A stretch of 64,000 nt of DNA from a virus. The notes below the pieces were generated by a model. The model was not told the origin of the DNA. It did not search any database and worked only from the letters and a program-made list of their open reading frames with translations. The DNA lies in the IMG/VR virus record IMGVR_UViG_3300044617_000226, positions 1 through 64,000 of that record. One strand, given 5' to 3'. Every line of letters starts with the position of its first letter. Within the stretch, counting starts at the first letter, position 1. A program made the position numbers and the translations under genes. Below are positions 16,901 through 26,592 of this stretch, piece by piece.

Positions 16901-19900
16901 TATGTTCTAGTGTTGCTTTATTCCATTGATTACCGAACACATAGATATAAGGAGGTGCTTTAGGATCAGGCACCCAACCAAAGTCGAATTTGTTCTTATC
17001 TACTGGTATCTTTTCTACCCAATTAGTCATGTTATTTGCTAACTTGGCTTTGATATCATCTACATATTTGATCTCTGTAGCGTTCTCTACAGCATAGCGA
17101 ACGGTAGGCATGACTTCGCCGGGATACTGATTGTTACCAAACACATATATGAATGGATCATCGTATGGGTCTGGTCTCCAACTGAAGTCGAACTCATTTT
17201 CAACTATAGGCAATAGTATCTCAAATTTTGATTTGTCTTGCGCTACCTTACCTATGATATCATGAACATACTTGTATTCTGTAGCACCTGCTACATGATA
17301 TTCAACAGTAGGTTCTTTCTCAGCACGGTTCCACTGATTACCGAACACATAGATATAAGGTGGTGCCTCTGGATGAGGTACCCAACTGAAATCAAAACTA
17401 TCAGGTTCTAATCTGATCTTTACTTTGAAATTCTTATTGTTAGGTAATGTCTTTGCTTCTATCTCTTTGATATATTTCTTTTGTGTAGCATTCTTAGTTT
17501 TGTATATAGGTCCGCCCACATCGTTCCATACAGTAGCGAACTCATAATCATATGGTTCTTCTGTGCTATCTGGATGCCAACTAAAATCGAAACTATCTTG
17601 ATCTATGTTACTAGGTATGAACCAGTTTTCTTTATTAGGTAACTTAGTGACTTTTTGTATGTCTACATATTTTGTTTCGGTAGCATTCTCTACGACATAT
17701 CTAGGGCCATCAGTCTTTTGATGCTGTGTGCCGAACTCATAGATATATGCCGATTCAGTATCATCGGGATGCCAACTAAAGTCAAACTTGCTAATATCAA
17801 CATCTATAGGCACTTGCCAATTACTATGGTCGGGCTTTCTAACTGCTCGTTGGCTGTCTACATACTTTGTCTCAGTCGCACCTGCCACGACATATCTAGG
17901 ACCACCTGTCTTCTGCCACTGTGTGCCGAACTGATAGATGTAAGGGGGACTGCCTGGATCAGGAACCCAACTAAAGTCAAAAGACTTTGTATCTATGTTA
18001 TCAGGTATTTGCCAGTTAGTCATGTTGATGTCTAATCTAGCAACAACATCATTGATATACTTGATTTCTGTAGCGCCGGGAGTCACATATCTTATAGTAG
18101 GCATCACTTCAGCAGGATACTGATTATTACCGAACACATAGATATATGGTTCTTCTGTATTATCGGGGTGCCAACTAAAATCAAAACTCTTTATTTTGAT
18201 ATCAGACAACTGCCAGTGTTGTTGAGTAGGACTGGCTTTGACCTTATCACTATGCATGTATTTTGTTTCAGTGGCTCCTTCTACTATATACTTAGGTCCA
18301 CCGTTCTTTTGCCACTGAGTATTGAATTCATAAATGTAGGATTGATCATGCGGATTAGGTATCCAACTATAATCGAATTCATTATCATCGATATTATCAG
18401 GTACTATCCAATTAGTCTTGTTTTGTTCTAATTCAGCAACGATGTCTGTTATATACTTTTCTTTAGTCGCGCCTTCTACCCTATATTCTATAGTAGGCAT
18501 CTGTCTAGCATCGTGGTGCTGATTACCAAACACATAGATGTATGGTTCTTCTGTATTGTCTGGATGCCAACTATAGTCAAAACTCTTTATCTTATAATCA
18601 GAAACGACATGCCAGTTTTTATTAGTAGGTAATGCTTTTATTTTGTCTGAAATCATATACTTGACTTCAGTAGCGTTAGGCATCTCATATCTAATACCGC
18701 AATTCTTTTGCCATTGAGTATTGAACTCATATATGTATGGAGGATCGTGCGGATTAGGGATCCAGTCGAAATCAAAATCTTCTACTGCTATATTATCAGG
18801 TACTACCCAATATTCACGGCTGTTAGTGATAGTCGCTATGATATCATGTACATATTTGATCTTGCTTGCGCCTGGCACATGATACTCAACTGTCGCCATG
18901 ATCTCGGCACTGTAATATTGATTGCCAAACACATAGATGTATGGTTCTTCTGTATCATCTGGATGCCAACTAAAATCAAAATCTTTTATGTTAATACCTT
19001 CTGGTATCTTCCAGTTATTTGTAGTAGGCAACGCAGTAGTTTGTTGCTCACTGATGAATTTGATTTCTGTAGCATTCTCTACAATATACTTAGGACCGCC
19101 TGTCTTTTGCCATTGTGTGCTAAATTGATAGATATATGGAGGATCATTAGGGTTAGGCTCCCAACTGAAATCAAAATCTTTAGTATCAATGTTGTCAGGT
19201 ATAGACCAATTAGTCATATCTGCAAGCCTGGTGACTCTATCAGGCATGTATTTGTATTCTGTTGCACCTTCTACTATAAACTGTACACTGATCTTGTCTT
19301 CAGGTTTATTCCACTGATTGCCCCATGCATAGATATAGGGAGGCGCACCTGGATCAGGACGCCATGTGTAATCCATGTCAGAGCATTTTTCAAATACATC
19401 AAATATCTTACTGTTGGAACTTAGTTTGACATGCCATGCATTGTCGATATACTTTCTATCAGTAGCGCCGTCTACATGAAATTCTATAGTAGGCATCTCT
19501 TCAGCAGAGTAATGCTGATTGCCCCATACATAGATATAAGGTGGGTTGGTAGGATCAGGAATCCATGACCAATCAAAAGTATTCTCGTCAATATCTTGTA
19601 ATATCTTATAATTGTTTTTGTTAGGCTTTAACTCTACAAATTTTTCCATGTATTTGTAGTCTGTCGCCCCGGGAACACGATATTCTATCGCAGGCTTATG
19701 CGTAGCAGGGAAATATCTACAGCCCCATGCATAGATATAGGGAGGATCTGTAGGATCTGGGTGCCAACTGAAATCAAACAGACTCTCTTCAACATCATAA
19801 TTCAATACCCAATTATTTGACCTATCTTCAGTTCTTACTAATTCAGGTACATCTTGTCTGTATATCGTATTGCCGCCAGTATTTTTAGCGCACAACCAAG

Positions 19901-20141
19901 TACCGCTATCTTTGTTATGCTGACTGGGCCATACATTATCATGCTCGCCTGTCCATACTTGATCGTCCGGCAAGAATTCAAAATCAAAGTCCCAATCAAA
20001 ACCTGCATAGTCACAAAACTCGTTGACTATCCAAAAATGTTCAGTGGTGGCTAATGCTCTCGCTTCTTCGAGGTTTTTAGCATATCGCTCTAGTGGGTGA
20101 ACATTGGGTTTTTTGCCGAAGTAGAATACATCTCGTATCAT
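13995..20141 (-). CDS. 2048-aa tandem-repeat protein with degenerate glycosyltransferase-like domains
   Basis: About 19 core repeats of ~63-70 aa (FDFSWxPxPxxxPYIYxFxxQW...YxVxGATExKY). The C-terminal domain (LDIVFLSNGE...RVDGVNG...AWRTAFRE) is clearly homologous to the 36186..37178 product. Confidence 0.85.
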   Translation of the reverse strand: MIRDVFYFGKKPNVHPLERYAKNLEEARALATTEHFWIVNEFCDYAGFDWDFDFEFLPDDQVWTGEHDNVWPSQHNKDSGTWLCAKNTGGNTIYRQDVPELVRTEDRSNNWVLNYDVEESLFDFSWHPDPTDPPYIYAWGCRYFPATHKPAIEYRVPGATDYKYMEKFVELKPNKNNYKILQDIDENTFDWSWIPDPTNPPYIYVWGNQHYSAEEMPTIEFHVDGATDRKYIDNAWHVKLSSNSKIFDVFEKCSDMDYTWRPDPGAPPYIYAWGNQWNKPEDKISVQFIVEGATEYKYMPDRVTRLADMTNWSIPDNIDTKDFDFSWEPNPNDPPYIYQFSTQWQKTGGPKYIVENATEIKFISEQQTTALPTTNNWKIPEGINIKDFDFSWHPDDTEEPYIYVFGNQYYSAEIMATVEYHVPGASKIKYVHDIIATITNSREYWVVPDNIAVEDFDFDWIPNPHDPPYIYEFNTQWQKNCGIRYEMPNATEVKYMISDKIKALPTNKNWHVVSDYKIKSFDYSWHPDNTEEPYIYVFGNQHHDARQMPTIEYRVEGATKEKYITDIVAELEQNKTNWIVPDNIDDNEFDYSWIPNPHDQSYIYEFNTQWQKNGGPKYIVEGATETKYMHSDKVKASPTQQHWQLSDIKIKSFDFSWHPDNTEEPYIYVFGNNQYPAEVMPTIRYVTPGATEIKYINDVVARLDINMTNWQIPDNIDTKSFDFSWVPDPGSPPYIYQFGTQWQKTGGPRYVVAGATETKYVDSQRAVRKPDHSNWQVPIDVDISKFDFSWHPDDTESAYIYEFGTQHQKTDGPRYVVENATETKYVDIQKVTKLPNKENWFIPSNIDQDSFDFSWHPDSTEEPYDYEFATVWNDVGGPIYKTKNATQKKYIKEIEAKTLPNNKNFKVKIRLEPDSFDFSWVPHPEAPPYIYVFGNQWNRAEKEPTVEYHVAGATEYKYVHDIIGKVAQDKSKFEILLPIVENEFDFSWRPDPYDDPFIYVFGNNQYPGEVMPTVRYAVENATEIKYVDDIKAKLANNMTNWVEKIPVDKNKFDFGWVPDPKAPPYIYVFGNQWNKATLEHTLEYVVPGATEYKYVEDIIAHVLPDKKNFKILHPIVEESFDFSWRPNPKEDPYIYAFGNTQYPAEKMPTVLYRVSGGTDYKYDNTLKASLAQNYDRFTEIIPVDRTSFDYSWVPDPHDDPYIYVFGNQWNNAEIEPTLEYHVKNATQRKYMTQVANVLPDYSKWRELIKVRGNFDYSWRPDPTSPPYIYVFGNQWNSSEVEPTLEYVVEGATERKYVNDIIAEVASDMTNWMIPKDIDIKDFDFSWRPNPGSPPYIYQFGTLLNDEDGPLYVPKKNNGEAVKLLRVTKKHDDEFVEIPKYYIQTTLEDLIDQHSDELFWALNKNINYSSFNFSWRPNIEQARFVHVFGSPEAKETQTYFVNSKLYKQGFTQYNFVTGDIKAENEYLAELFIQPDMFMIDRGNIESKERFERLQERFPNIQKTRYLNSWVDTIYRCLNRSTTELAWILNSELDYSNFDFKYYPNPWQMKMVHIFGTQWSHWGTTYLLNKETFPEDTKYIKIIEHLSNLNFVKNRSAKATNCLYDIYLIDHGNSETDKIKEQLLSKATGKNVFTVPYRKSYLDTFKDILAKVKPNKENYIWVCSSVCDYKNFDVTYICDPFAKENLHVFPSDKQKFGDTFLVDVNKLKSLVDDMNLLEDYDKINYNNHMRPKRLPAPEFVIDEDTNINAVKQDYDFPYAIFKTKDNSDIVVNYDEPVSLWADHTKNIEILSTGGTILALPKEAKLYVDNELYDYPYITKSKRVARSKPLDIVFLSNGEKCAEENYQHLVKITKNLPNKVVRVDGVNGRVAAYHAAAQASNTPWMFTVFAKLKVNEQFDWNWQPDRLQIPKHYIFTAKNPVNGLTYGHQAMIAYNKKLTLNNKGMGLDFTLDDPHESVDMLSGVANFNTDPYAAWRTAFREVIKLKSDYSDMAAERLNIWTTVGEGMYAENCIQGAKDAVEYYNEVSGDIEELKKSYEWSWLQDYYRKKYT

Positions 20142-20149
20142 GCATTTAC

Positions 20150-21631
20150 TTATGAAATGACTTTAAGGTTATAAAGTTTTTCAAAGCGATCGGCATCCAT
20201 TCTATCGTTGACCATAGGTTCCCCGCGTATGTTCAAACTTGTGTTCAACAACATGGGGCATCCAGTCTTATCATACCATGCTTCTAGTAACTGTCGTATC
20301 CCAGATCCATCTTTTGCAACTGTCTGTACACGACTGGTATTGTCGTGATGAACGATAGCAGGAAAAAAGTCAGGATGCCTGCACCTAGCGATGACTTGCA
20401 TATACCTACTATTACTGAAACCAGCAGGCATGTCAAAATAGTTATCAACATGCTCTTCCAAAATGACTGGAGCAAAGGGTCTGAACTTCTGTCTTCGTTT
20501 GATCTCATTGACTTTATCCTTTATCTCGGGTCCTCTTGGGTCAGCTAATAAACTACGATTGCCTAATGCGCGAGGCCCGAATTCTGCTCTTCCATTAGCA
20601 ACCCCTACCATCTTATTTTTCTTTAGTTCTTTGATGATCTTATCTACTGGATATGGCCCTTTGATGTCGTGACCTAAGAATGCATCAGTCCAGTTGATCT
20701 TTCTACCATAACCCAATGCGGCTGCGCCTAGGCTGTTACCTGCATCGCCCGGATTAGGCATTATCCATATGTTATTAAAATACTTACCTAATAGTCTATT
20801 TGCTAGACAGTTTAATGCTACGCCACCACCGTATACTAGATTTTTGCTAGAACCTAAACGAAAGGCTTTGTGCATGACTTTTTCTATTAGGGTCTCGCAT
20901 ACTAACTGTGCGCTAGACGCGATATCCATATCTTCTGCTTTGTCTAAGAAGTTATTTGGTTCTAAACCTATGTGTAGATTATGCCTGAAATCTAAGTCGA
21001 ATAGATTTTCTAGATAATGACTTACCATCCTATTAGCATGTTTAGGTTTACCGTATGCAGCCATACCCATGAGGATATATTCTTCTTCATTGGGCTTTAA
21101 TCCCACACGCTGTGTCATAGCACTATAGAATAGTCCTATGCTGTTGGGATATTTTTTGCTCCATAATTTAGTATAGTGGGCAGTACCATTCTTGTCATAA
21201 CATGCATCCCATATGCTGATGCAATCTAACTCACCTATAGCATCTATGATGACCACTGTAGCATGATCAAATGGACTAGTCTGAAACCCTGCCGCCGCAT
21301 GGCTCTTATGATGTGAATGTGTAGTGATAGGTTTGTCACCTAATAGATCGCATAGTTCAGGACCTATGATCTTCTTTGCGCTTAAAGAACTCATAGGTTG
21401 TCCCGCACGAAATTGTCTGAATGCTTTAAGCCAAGGCTTCTCATAATAATGCAATTCATAATTATATGTTGCATATGATAATGCATCTTTGATTATGCCT
21501 TCACACAAATCAGGATCATGCTTCTTTTTGCTATAGCGTTCGCTATGTCCAGCAAAGAGTATATTTCCGTTATCACTTATGACACTAATACCTGCATCGT
21601 GAAAGCCCGCGCTTATACCTATATAACTCAT
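20150..21631 (-). CDS. carbamoyltransferase (NodU/CmcH/TobZ family)
   Basis: GFHDAG, ERYSKKKHD, HHKSHAA, IDAIGE, MGMAAYG, GGVALNC, GDAG, EFGPRALGNRS, RPFAP, LLNTSLN. Confidence 0.95.
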   Translation of the reverse strand: MSYIGISAGFHDAGISVISDNGNILFAGHSERYSKKKHDPDLCEGIIKDALSYATYNYELHYYEKPWLKAFRQFRAGQPMSSLSAKKIIGPELCDLLGDKPITTHSHHKSHAAAGFQTSPFDHATVVIIDAIGELDCISIWDACYDKNGTAHYTKLWSKKYPNSIGLFYSAMTQRVGLKPNEEEYILMGMAAYGKPKHANRMVSHYLENLFDLDFRHNLHIGLEPNNFLDKAEDMDIASSAQLVCETLIEKVMHKAFRLGSSKNLVYGGGVALNCLANRLLGKYFNNIWIMPNPGDAGNSLGAAALGYGRKINWTDAFLGHDIKGPYPVDKIIKELKKNKMVGVANGRAEFGPRALGNRSLLADPRGPEIKDKVNEIKRRQKFRPFAPVILEEHVDNYFDMPAGFSNSRYMQVIARCRHPDFFPAIVHHDNTSRVQTVAKDGSGIRQLLEAWYDKTGCPMLLNTSLNIRGEPMVNDRMDADRFEKLYNLKVIS

Positions 21632-22479
21632 TGATATACCTGCTGTTCTATTTTATCGACCCAATGTGCATGGTGAGCCATGCCCGGATGCATGATATCT
21701 CTAGCCAAGTCATCCTGTATGTTTTCTGGAGTAGTCCACTGTTCTAGTAATACCATGTGATTCTTTTTTAAAGTCTTTAATAGTTCATATGTAGGGAGAT
21801 CCCATGAAGATATGTACAATTGTATATCATTCTTTTTAGCCATATGTTCCATTATGTAAATGTCTTCTTTCATCTTTCTTATAAATTCAACATCAGGAAT
21901 ATATTTATAAAACATATCATGATTGATGTTATAATTTTCTAGTACAGGAGGTTTATATTGCGGTAGTAGTCCGATTAAACGAACAGATTGATTTGACATA
22001 TTTTCTGCCGCTATCGTAGTTCTCATATATGTAGGGAACAATACTACTGCCTTGTCCATCTTGATGTTGTTAGCCACAATACAGAAAACATCAGATATAG
22101 TTTTAATGCTCGCGCCCGGCAAACCGAAATTGTATGTACTATATCCTTTTGATTTAGCCAAGAGTTTATGCCATAATGTATCTTCCGGTAACCCAGTACC
22201 GAAAGTATAACTACACCCAAAAGCTGCCAAGTTAATATGATTTATAAGATCAATATCCCTGAAGCCTAATTCAGAAATCTTATAATCAAAGTCTTTATGT
22301 TGCCATCGATATCGATGTGCTTCTTCTAGGGCTGAGAATGTAGAAACTTGCCTTCTAATACTACCATCTTTTAAAATCAAATCAGGCCTAGTAGCACAAA
22401 CGGTATAATTCGTGACTTCTTTTATGTCATCACTGTCTAGGACATTTAACTGTAACAAATTGTCAATGGAGTTAATCAC
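21628..22479 (-). CDS. SGNH/GDSL-hydrolase-like protein
   Basis: FGCSYTFGTG (block I), NFGLPGAS, C-terminal RDIMHPG (DxxH). Confidence 0.7.
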   Translation of the reverse strand: MINSIDNLLQLNVLDSDDIKEVTNYTVCATRPDLILKDGSIRRQVSTFSALEEAHRYRWQHKDFDYKISELGFRDIDLINHINLAAFGCSYTFGTGLPEDTLWHKLLAKSKGYSTYNFGLPGASIKTISDVFCIVANNIKMDKAVVLFPTYMRTTIAAENMSNQSVRLIGLLPQYKPPVLENYNINHDMFYKYIPDVEFIRKMKEDIYIMEHMAKKNDIQLYISSWDLPTYELLKTLKKNHMVLLEQWTTPENIQDDLARDIMHPGMAHHAHWVDKIEQQVYQ

Positions 22480-22484
22480 TTTTA

Positions 22485-22586
22485 TTAATATATAAACGGG
22501 TCGCGCTTTTTCATGTCACGCAGTCTTTTTCTATATTGTATCTCTAGTTTGATTTTATTAAACCATTTTTTGATGAATTTGAACAT
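22485..22586 (-). CDS. 33-aa basic micropeptide ending RDPFIY
   Basis: Below ORF-track cutoff; MFKFIKKWFNKIKLEIQYRKRLRDMKKRDPFIY* fills the gap with 4-5 nt spacers; AAGGAG RBS inside the end of the upstream gene. Confidence 0.7.
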   Translation of the reverse strand: MFKFIKKWFNKIKLEIQYRKRLRDMKKRDPFIY

Positions 22587-22590
22587 TTTA

Positions 22591-23802
22591 TCACTCCTTA
22601 GTTAATAGACTTGCATCTACCGTCTTGTTATTGTATAGTTTATCTATCGCGGATAGCTCACCGCAGGTCTCTACACAGAATAACAACCTACCGTCTTCTA
22701 CTGGTTTACCTTCCCATCCATCTAAAAAGAATTTCTGAAAGTATGGACCCTTCAATATATCAAGCACATTATTTTTACGCAAATCAAATTTATCTAAACC
22801 CAATTTATTGATCATATCATTAAATTGCCAACGACTATATGTTGTATTATTTGCGCCGAACACGCCACCTAAGAAACAGCAAGGTAATAGATAGCCGCCA
22901 GCTGAAACATATAATTCTTGTGTATAACTATTAACTGATTTACACTTTATGCACGATTTCTGAGCGAGGTCTTTGCTGAATTCTGTTAGTACAGGAATAT
23001 GTTTATTAACATATCCATCAGTTATTCCAGGGCTATGATGTCCTACCGGTATATTTGTTCTCTCGCCTGTGAAATTTACAGGATAAACGCTATATTCATA
23101 TCTTTGATTTTTATCATAGACATTCATGCCTATAGGCTTGCCTTGATATTCACCAAACCCCATTGGATTCTTAGTGACAAAATGAAAGCCTAACTTGTTT
23201 GCTAATTTTTTAGCCTCTTCTACTTGATGCTGGTTATGTTCGAATACTAAAAACTCCCATATACCGAATGCACCTGTACTAGCATATGCTTCCATGTTAG
23301 CGAACAATCTATCCCATTTAACTCCCCTGCGATATATGTGATTAGTATCTTCTAATCCATCAACGCTAAACACTACTGCAGGAAATGCGAAACTATCATA
23401 GTTACTTTCTTTCAATGATTTCCATGCGCTATTATCTCTGTTAGGAACACTTGCAAAAAACTCGCCAACTTGCTTCCAATACGCGGCATTTCTCATACCA
23501 CCATTAGTTCTAACCTGCTGTGCTATATTCTTCTCGCTGTTAGATTGAAAATATTCAAGTATGGGTAGTAAGTCCAATGCTACGCCCGGATCTCCTAAGT
23601 TACCGCAGAAATTGATAGCAGAGATATTTTTAGCAAATCCCGGCGGAAAGAATGTTTTGATATCATCGATAGAAAGTTCGGTCAATACTAGATCAGGAAC
23701 TACTGGTCCGCCGCCGAAATTTCTGCTACAGGCCGGACAACTAGCATTGCATCTAGTAGTCAATTCAATGTGTAGTCTTCCAATTTTAGATAAGTTGTAC
23801 AT
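22591..23802 (-). CDS. radical SAM protein with C-terminal Cys cluster
   Basis: CNASCPAC, FCGNLGDP, TNGG, FSVDG; C-term C...GYLLPCC...CVETCG. ATG 23802 preferred over TTG 23814. Confidence 0.9.
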   Translation of the reverse strand: MYNLSKIGRLHIELTTRCNASCPACSRNFGGGPVVPDLVLTELSIDDIKTFFPPGFAKNISAINFCGNLGDPGVALDLLPILEYFQSNSEKNIAQQVRTNGGMRNAAYWKQVGEFFASVPNRDNSAWKSLKESNYDSFAFPAVVFSVDGLEDTNHIYRRGVKWDRLFANMEAYASTGAFGIWEFLVFEHNQHQVEEAKKLANKLGFHFVTKNPMGFGEYQGKPIGMNVYDKNQRYEYSVYPVNFTGERTNIPVGHHSPGITDGYVNKHIPVLTEFSKDLAQKSCIKCKSVNSYTQELYVSAGGYLLPCCFLGGVFGANNTTYSRWQFNDMINKLGLDKFDLRKNNVLDILKGPYFQKFFLDGWEGKPVEDGRLLFCVETCGELSAIDKLYNNKTVDASLLTKE

Positions 23803-23819
23803 GTTTTCTCTCAATTCAA

Positions 23820-24560
23820 TTACTTATAACTTTTTATAGTAGGTTCTATCACTCTATTAAAATATATCTGATGTCCTAACTCATTAACATGATTGTCTAT
23901 TGACCTATACGGTTTTTGTGTTTCAAGACTATGATCATGTTTACCTGAAAAATCATAATTTCTTATGTCAACCATCTGCTGAAATTTCATAGGTTTTAGT
24001 CCTTTTACAAAATCATATGTCGTGAATTCATAATTTCTTCTACAAAAAGACCAACGAAAATTGTATTTTTGTAGTGTTGCTAGTGCATAGGCTGATAATA
24101 ATGTCATCATTCCTAAATTTTGACCTATACTTTCATGGTACATGTATTTTATATATTGTCTTACTGCATCTCCCATACCATGATCATTATGGCTTCCTGC
24201 CATCGACAATACATAACTGGCAATTTGTTTTTCGTTATGTGAGGCAATTTCTATTCTATCAGGATTAGTAAGTTGAAAAAATATTAATTGTGACTCTTTC
24301 TCATCCGTGTCATTTTCACTGTATACTAAAAAATCTCTTAGTATCTGTTGATTTGATCTACCTGGGTTGGCATAATTTAAAACTTTCAACTCGGGATATT
24401 TTTTCTGTAGTAATGAGCCCCAGCAATATTCGCTAGGTGAATTTTCCGGTAGTACAGGTCCCACCATCGATTGAGTACTAGGATCATAGTGATATATACG
24501 GTCAGGACATCCATGACCATAATTAAAACTATCTCCGAAGATGACCACTTTATTAATCAT
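23820..24560 (-). CDS. SGNH-hydrolase-like protein
   Basis: FGDSFNYG, NYANPGRSN, T-x-PDR, C-terminal DNHVNELGH. Confidence 0.7.
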   Translation of the reverse strand: MINKVVIFGDSFNYGHGCPDRIYHYDPSTQSMVGPVLPENSPSEYCWGSLLQKKYPELKVLNYANPGRSNQQILRDFLVYSENDTDEKESQLIFFQLTNPDRIEIASHNEKQIASYVLSMAGSHNDHGMGDAVRQYIKYMYHESIGQNLGMMTLLSAYALATLQKYNFRWSFCRRNYEFTTYDFVKGLKPMKFQQMVDIRNYDFSGKHDHSLETQKPYRSIDNHVNELGHQIYFNRVIEPTIKSYK

Positions 24561-25342
24561 AAACTTTTAATCATTCCAATTTCTCGCTGAAAATCATATC
24601 CCATATCAACATAGCGTTGGGTTATATCTTTACTATATATAAAATCCCCATCTTTAAATAGATCCATCAACACATTTTTACCTTCAGCGAATCTATCCAA
24701 TATGATATCAGCAAGTATCCTATTATTTTCATCTGTAAGATGTGTGCTACGAACATCTCCATATCCGCCCATATCCATTTCTTTTTCTGTGACTTTAAAC
24801 AAATTATACAGGCAATCACTATGTCTATTGGAAAAATCTAATTCATTGCCGGCGTTATCGATAAAAGGTAATATATTTACTAATTTTATATTCTTGTCTT
24901 TACATATTTGATTAACATCATCAAACATCTTTTGCTGTACCCAAAAATTGAACTGAAAATCACATAAAAATTTATAACCTAATAATATCTGTACGATCTC
25001 AGACTGTTCTTCTGCATTGAATTTTTTAAATGTAGATGTTTTGTAGAATGTTTCAACATCTGGAAATCCACTAACTACAGCGTATCGGTGAGGCATAGTC
25101 TGTATCCTATGCACAAATGACCAACAAAATACAATATGGTCAAATCTATGATGATGATCTTTAAAACAAGTAAAAGCATGATTACTAGCACTACCGCTTA
25201 AACCATATGATGATACTTTATGTCCTTTAGACACGATATGCGCCATCCAACTTTCATCTGTTTTAAACTTTGACAATGGTGCAGATATATTTCTATCCGC
25301 ATAACTGTCGCCGAATACTCCTATATGCAACTTATCCATCAT
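24557..25342 (-). CDS. SGNH-hydrolase-like protein
   Basis: FGDSYAD, YGLSGSA, WSFVHR, C-terminal RSTHLTDENNRILA. Confidence 0.65.
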   Translation of the reverse strand: MMDKLHIGVFGDSYADRNISAPLSKFKTDESWMAHIVSKGHKVSSYGLSGSASNHAFTCFKDHHHRFDHIVFCWSFVHRIQTMPHRYAVVSGFPDVETFYKTSTFKKFNAEEQSEIVQILLGYKFLCDFQFNFWVQQKMFDDVNQICKDKNIKLVNILPFIDNAGNELDFSNRHSDCLYNLFKVTEKEMDMGGYGDVRSTHLTDENNRILADIILDRFAEGKNVLMDLFKDGDFIYSKDITQRYVDMGYDFQREIGMIKSL

Positions 25343-26592
25343 TTAAGTCCTATATATTTTGCTAGATTGTCAGGTTTATTTCTGCGCTTAGTATACTGCT
25401 CAAAAAAGATGTCACTATCTCTACGCATCTCTGCCTGATTCTCTCTTATGAATCCTTCATCCAAAAACTTGATCAATCTATTACAATGCTCATGTTCTAT
25501 AGGTAATAGATCATCTTTGATAGTTTCATAAAATTTTGTATATTTGTTAATATAGAAATCTCGCTCACTTCTAGTCAAACAAGCAAAACCTTGAAACTCT
25601 GGTTTATCTACCATGTTGATAGATATATAAGGCTTGACTTTAGTTCGCTTTCTGATATCAATTATATCCAGATACATCTGATCTAATGACTGTAATGCTA
25701 TCGCGCTTACTGTGGTACTGATGCTAAACTCTTTGACTGTGCTATTACCCAGTCTTTCAATGTTCGTTAACCATTCACTATAAACCATACCTTCCCGTAT
25801 GAACTCGGCAGTCTCACCCGCACTTTCATTGCTGATGTTCATGCGTAAGTTATTCAATCCTTTGATTTTTTCAAAGAATCTATCCATTACTACTGGTTTC
25901 TGACATAGATTGCTGTGTATCACAGTCTCAATATTAGGATTGATTCTAGTCATCATAGCGAACAACTGAAACACTTCTTCATGCATCAATGGTTCACCTC
26001 CGCTTACACGGATGCTCTCAAGTCCGGACATGACTGTCTCAAACCACTTCCAGAACAATTCCATGTGAGGTGGCTTGATCATCTCGTTCAATTCAGCCAT
26101 GTCTTTCTGATAATGTCTACGATCATCAGTTTTGATGTTTGTATAGACACCATTGACTCTTATATCATTTATCCAACTAGTGCTAAATTGTGGACTGCAA
26201 TAACTACAGGCTAAGTTACAAGTATTATTGAATGCTAACTCTAATGCTTTGGGCTTGAATACGAAATTAGGATTCTTATAATCTTCAGCAGTCAAATGAT
26301 CTTTGAAACTTAAACTCTTTCTAGTTCTGTCGCTAGTCAATCCTAGATTTTCATAGCGCCAGCAACTATCACATGCAGGGGGTTGTTCGCCTGCTAACAT
26401 TCTTTTTTGTTGGTCGCGCTTTTCTGCTGGATTATAGAATGTATCTACTGTGTCACCTACTTGCAAGAAAGGGGTATAATGGCAACTGGCGATCTTGCCG
26501 CTATATACCCATATACTTGCCTCATGAAACTTAGCCAAACAGAATGTGGGGCTAGTCTCATCTCTGATTTTTAATAACTTATTCAATTCCAT
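25339..26592 (-). CDS. radical SAM protein, N-terminal twitch/SPASM-type cluster (CxAK[WF] subgroup)
   Basis: FCLAKF...SCH...CDSCW; CNLACSYC; SGGEP. Confidence 0.92.
   Translation of the reverse strand: MELNKLLKIRDETSPTFCLAKFHEASIWVYSGKIASCHYTPFLQVGDTVDTFYNPAEKRDQQKRMLAGEQPPACDSCWRYENLGLTSDRTRKSLSFKDHLTAEDYKNPNFVFKPKALELAFNNTCNLACSYCSPQFSTSWINDIRVNGVYTNIKTDDRRHYQKDMAELNEMIKPPHMELFWKWFETVMSGLESIRVSGGEPLMHEEVFQLFAMMTRINPNIETVIHSNLCQKPVVMDRFFEKIKGLNNLRMNISNESAGETAEFIREGMVYSEWLTNIERLGNSTVKEFSISTTVSAIALQSLDQMYLDIIDIRKRTKVKPYISINMVDKPEFQGFACLTRSERDFYINKYTKFYETIKDDLLPIEHEHCNRLIKFLDEGFIRENQAEMRRDSDIFFEQYTKRRNKPDNLAKYIGLK

Noticed and set aside
16100-19800. Regularly spaced DNA repeats (ccaactaaaatcaaa, attaccgaacacatagatata) resembling a CRISPR array or DGR repeats
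   Set aside because: Imperfect, ~190-210 nt period, in frame within the 2048-aa ORF; no cas or reverse transcriptase gene in the window.
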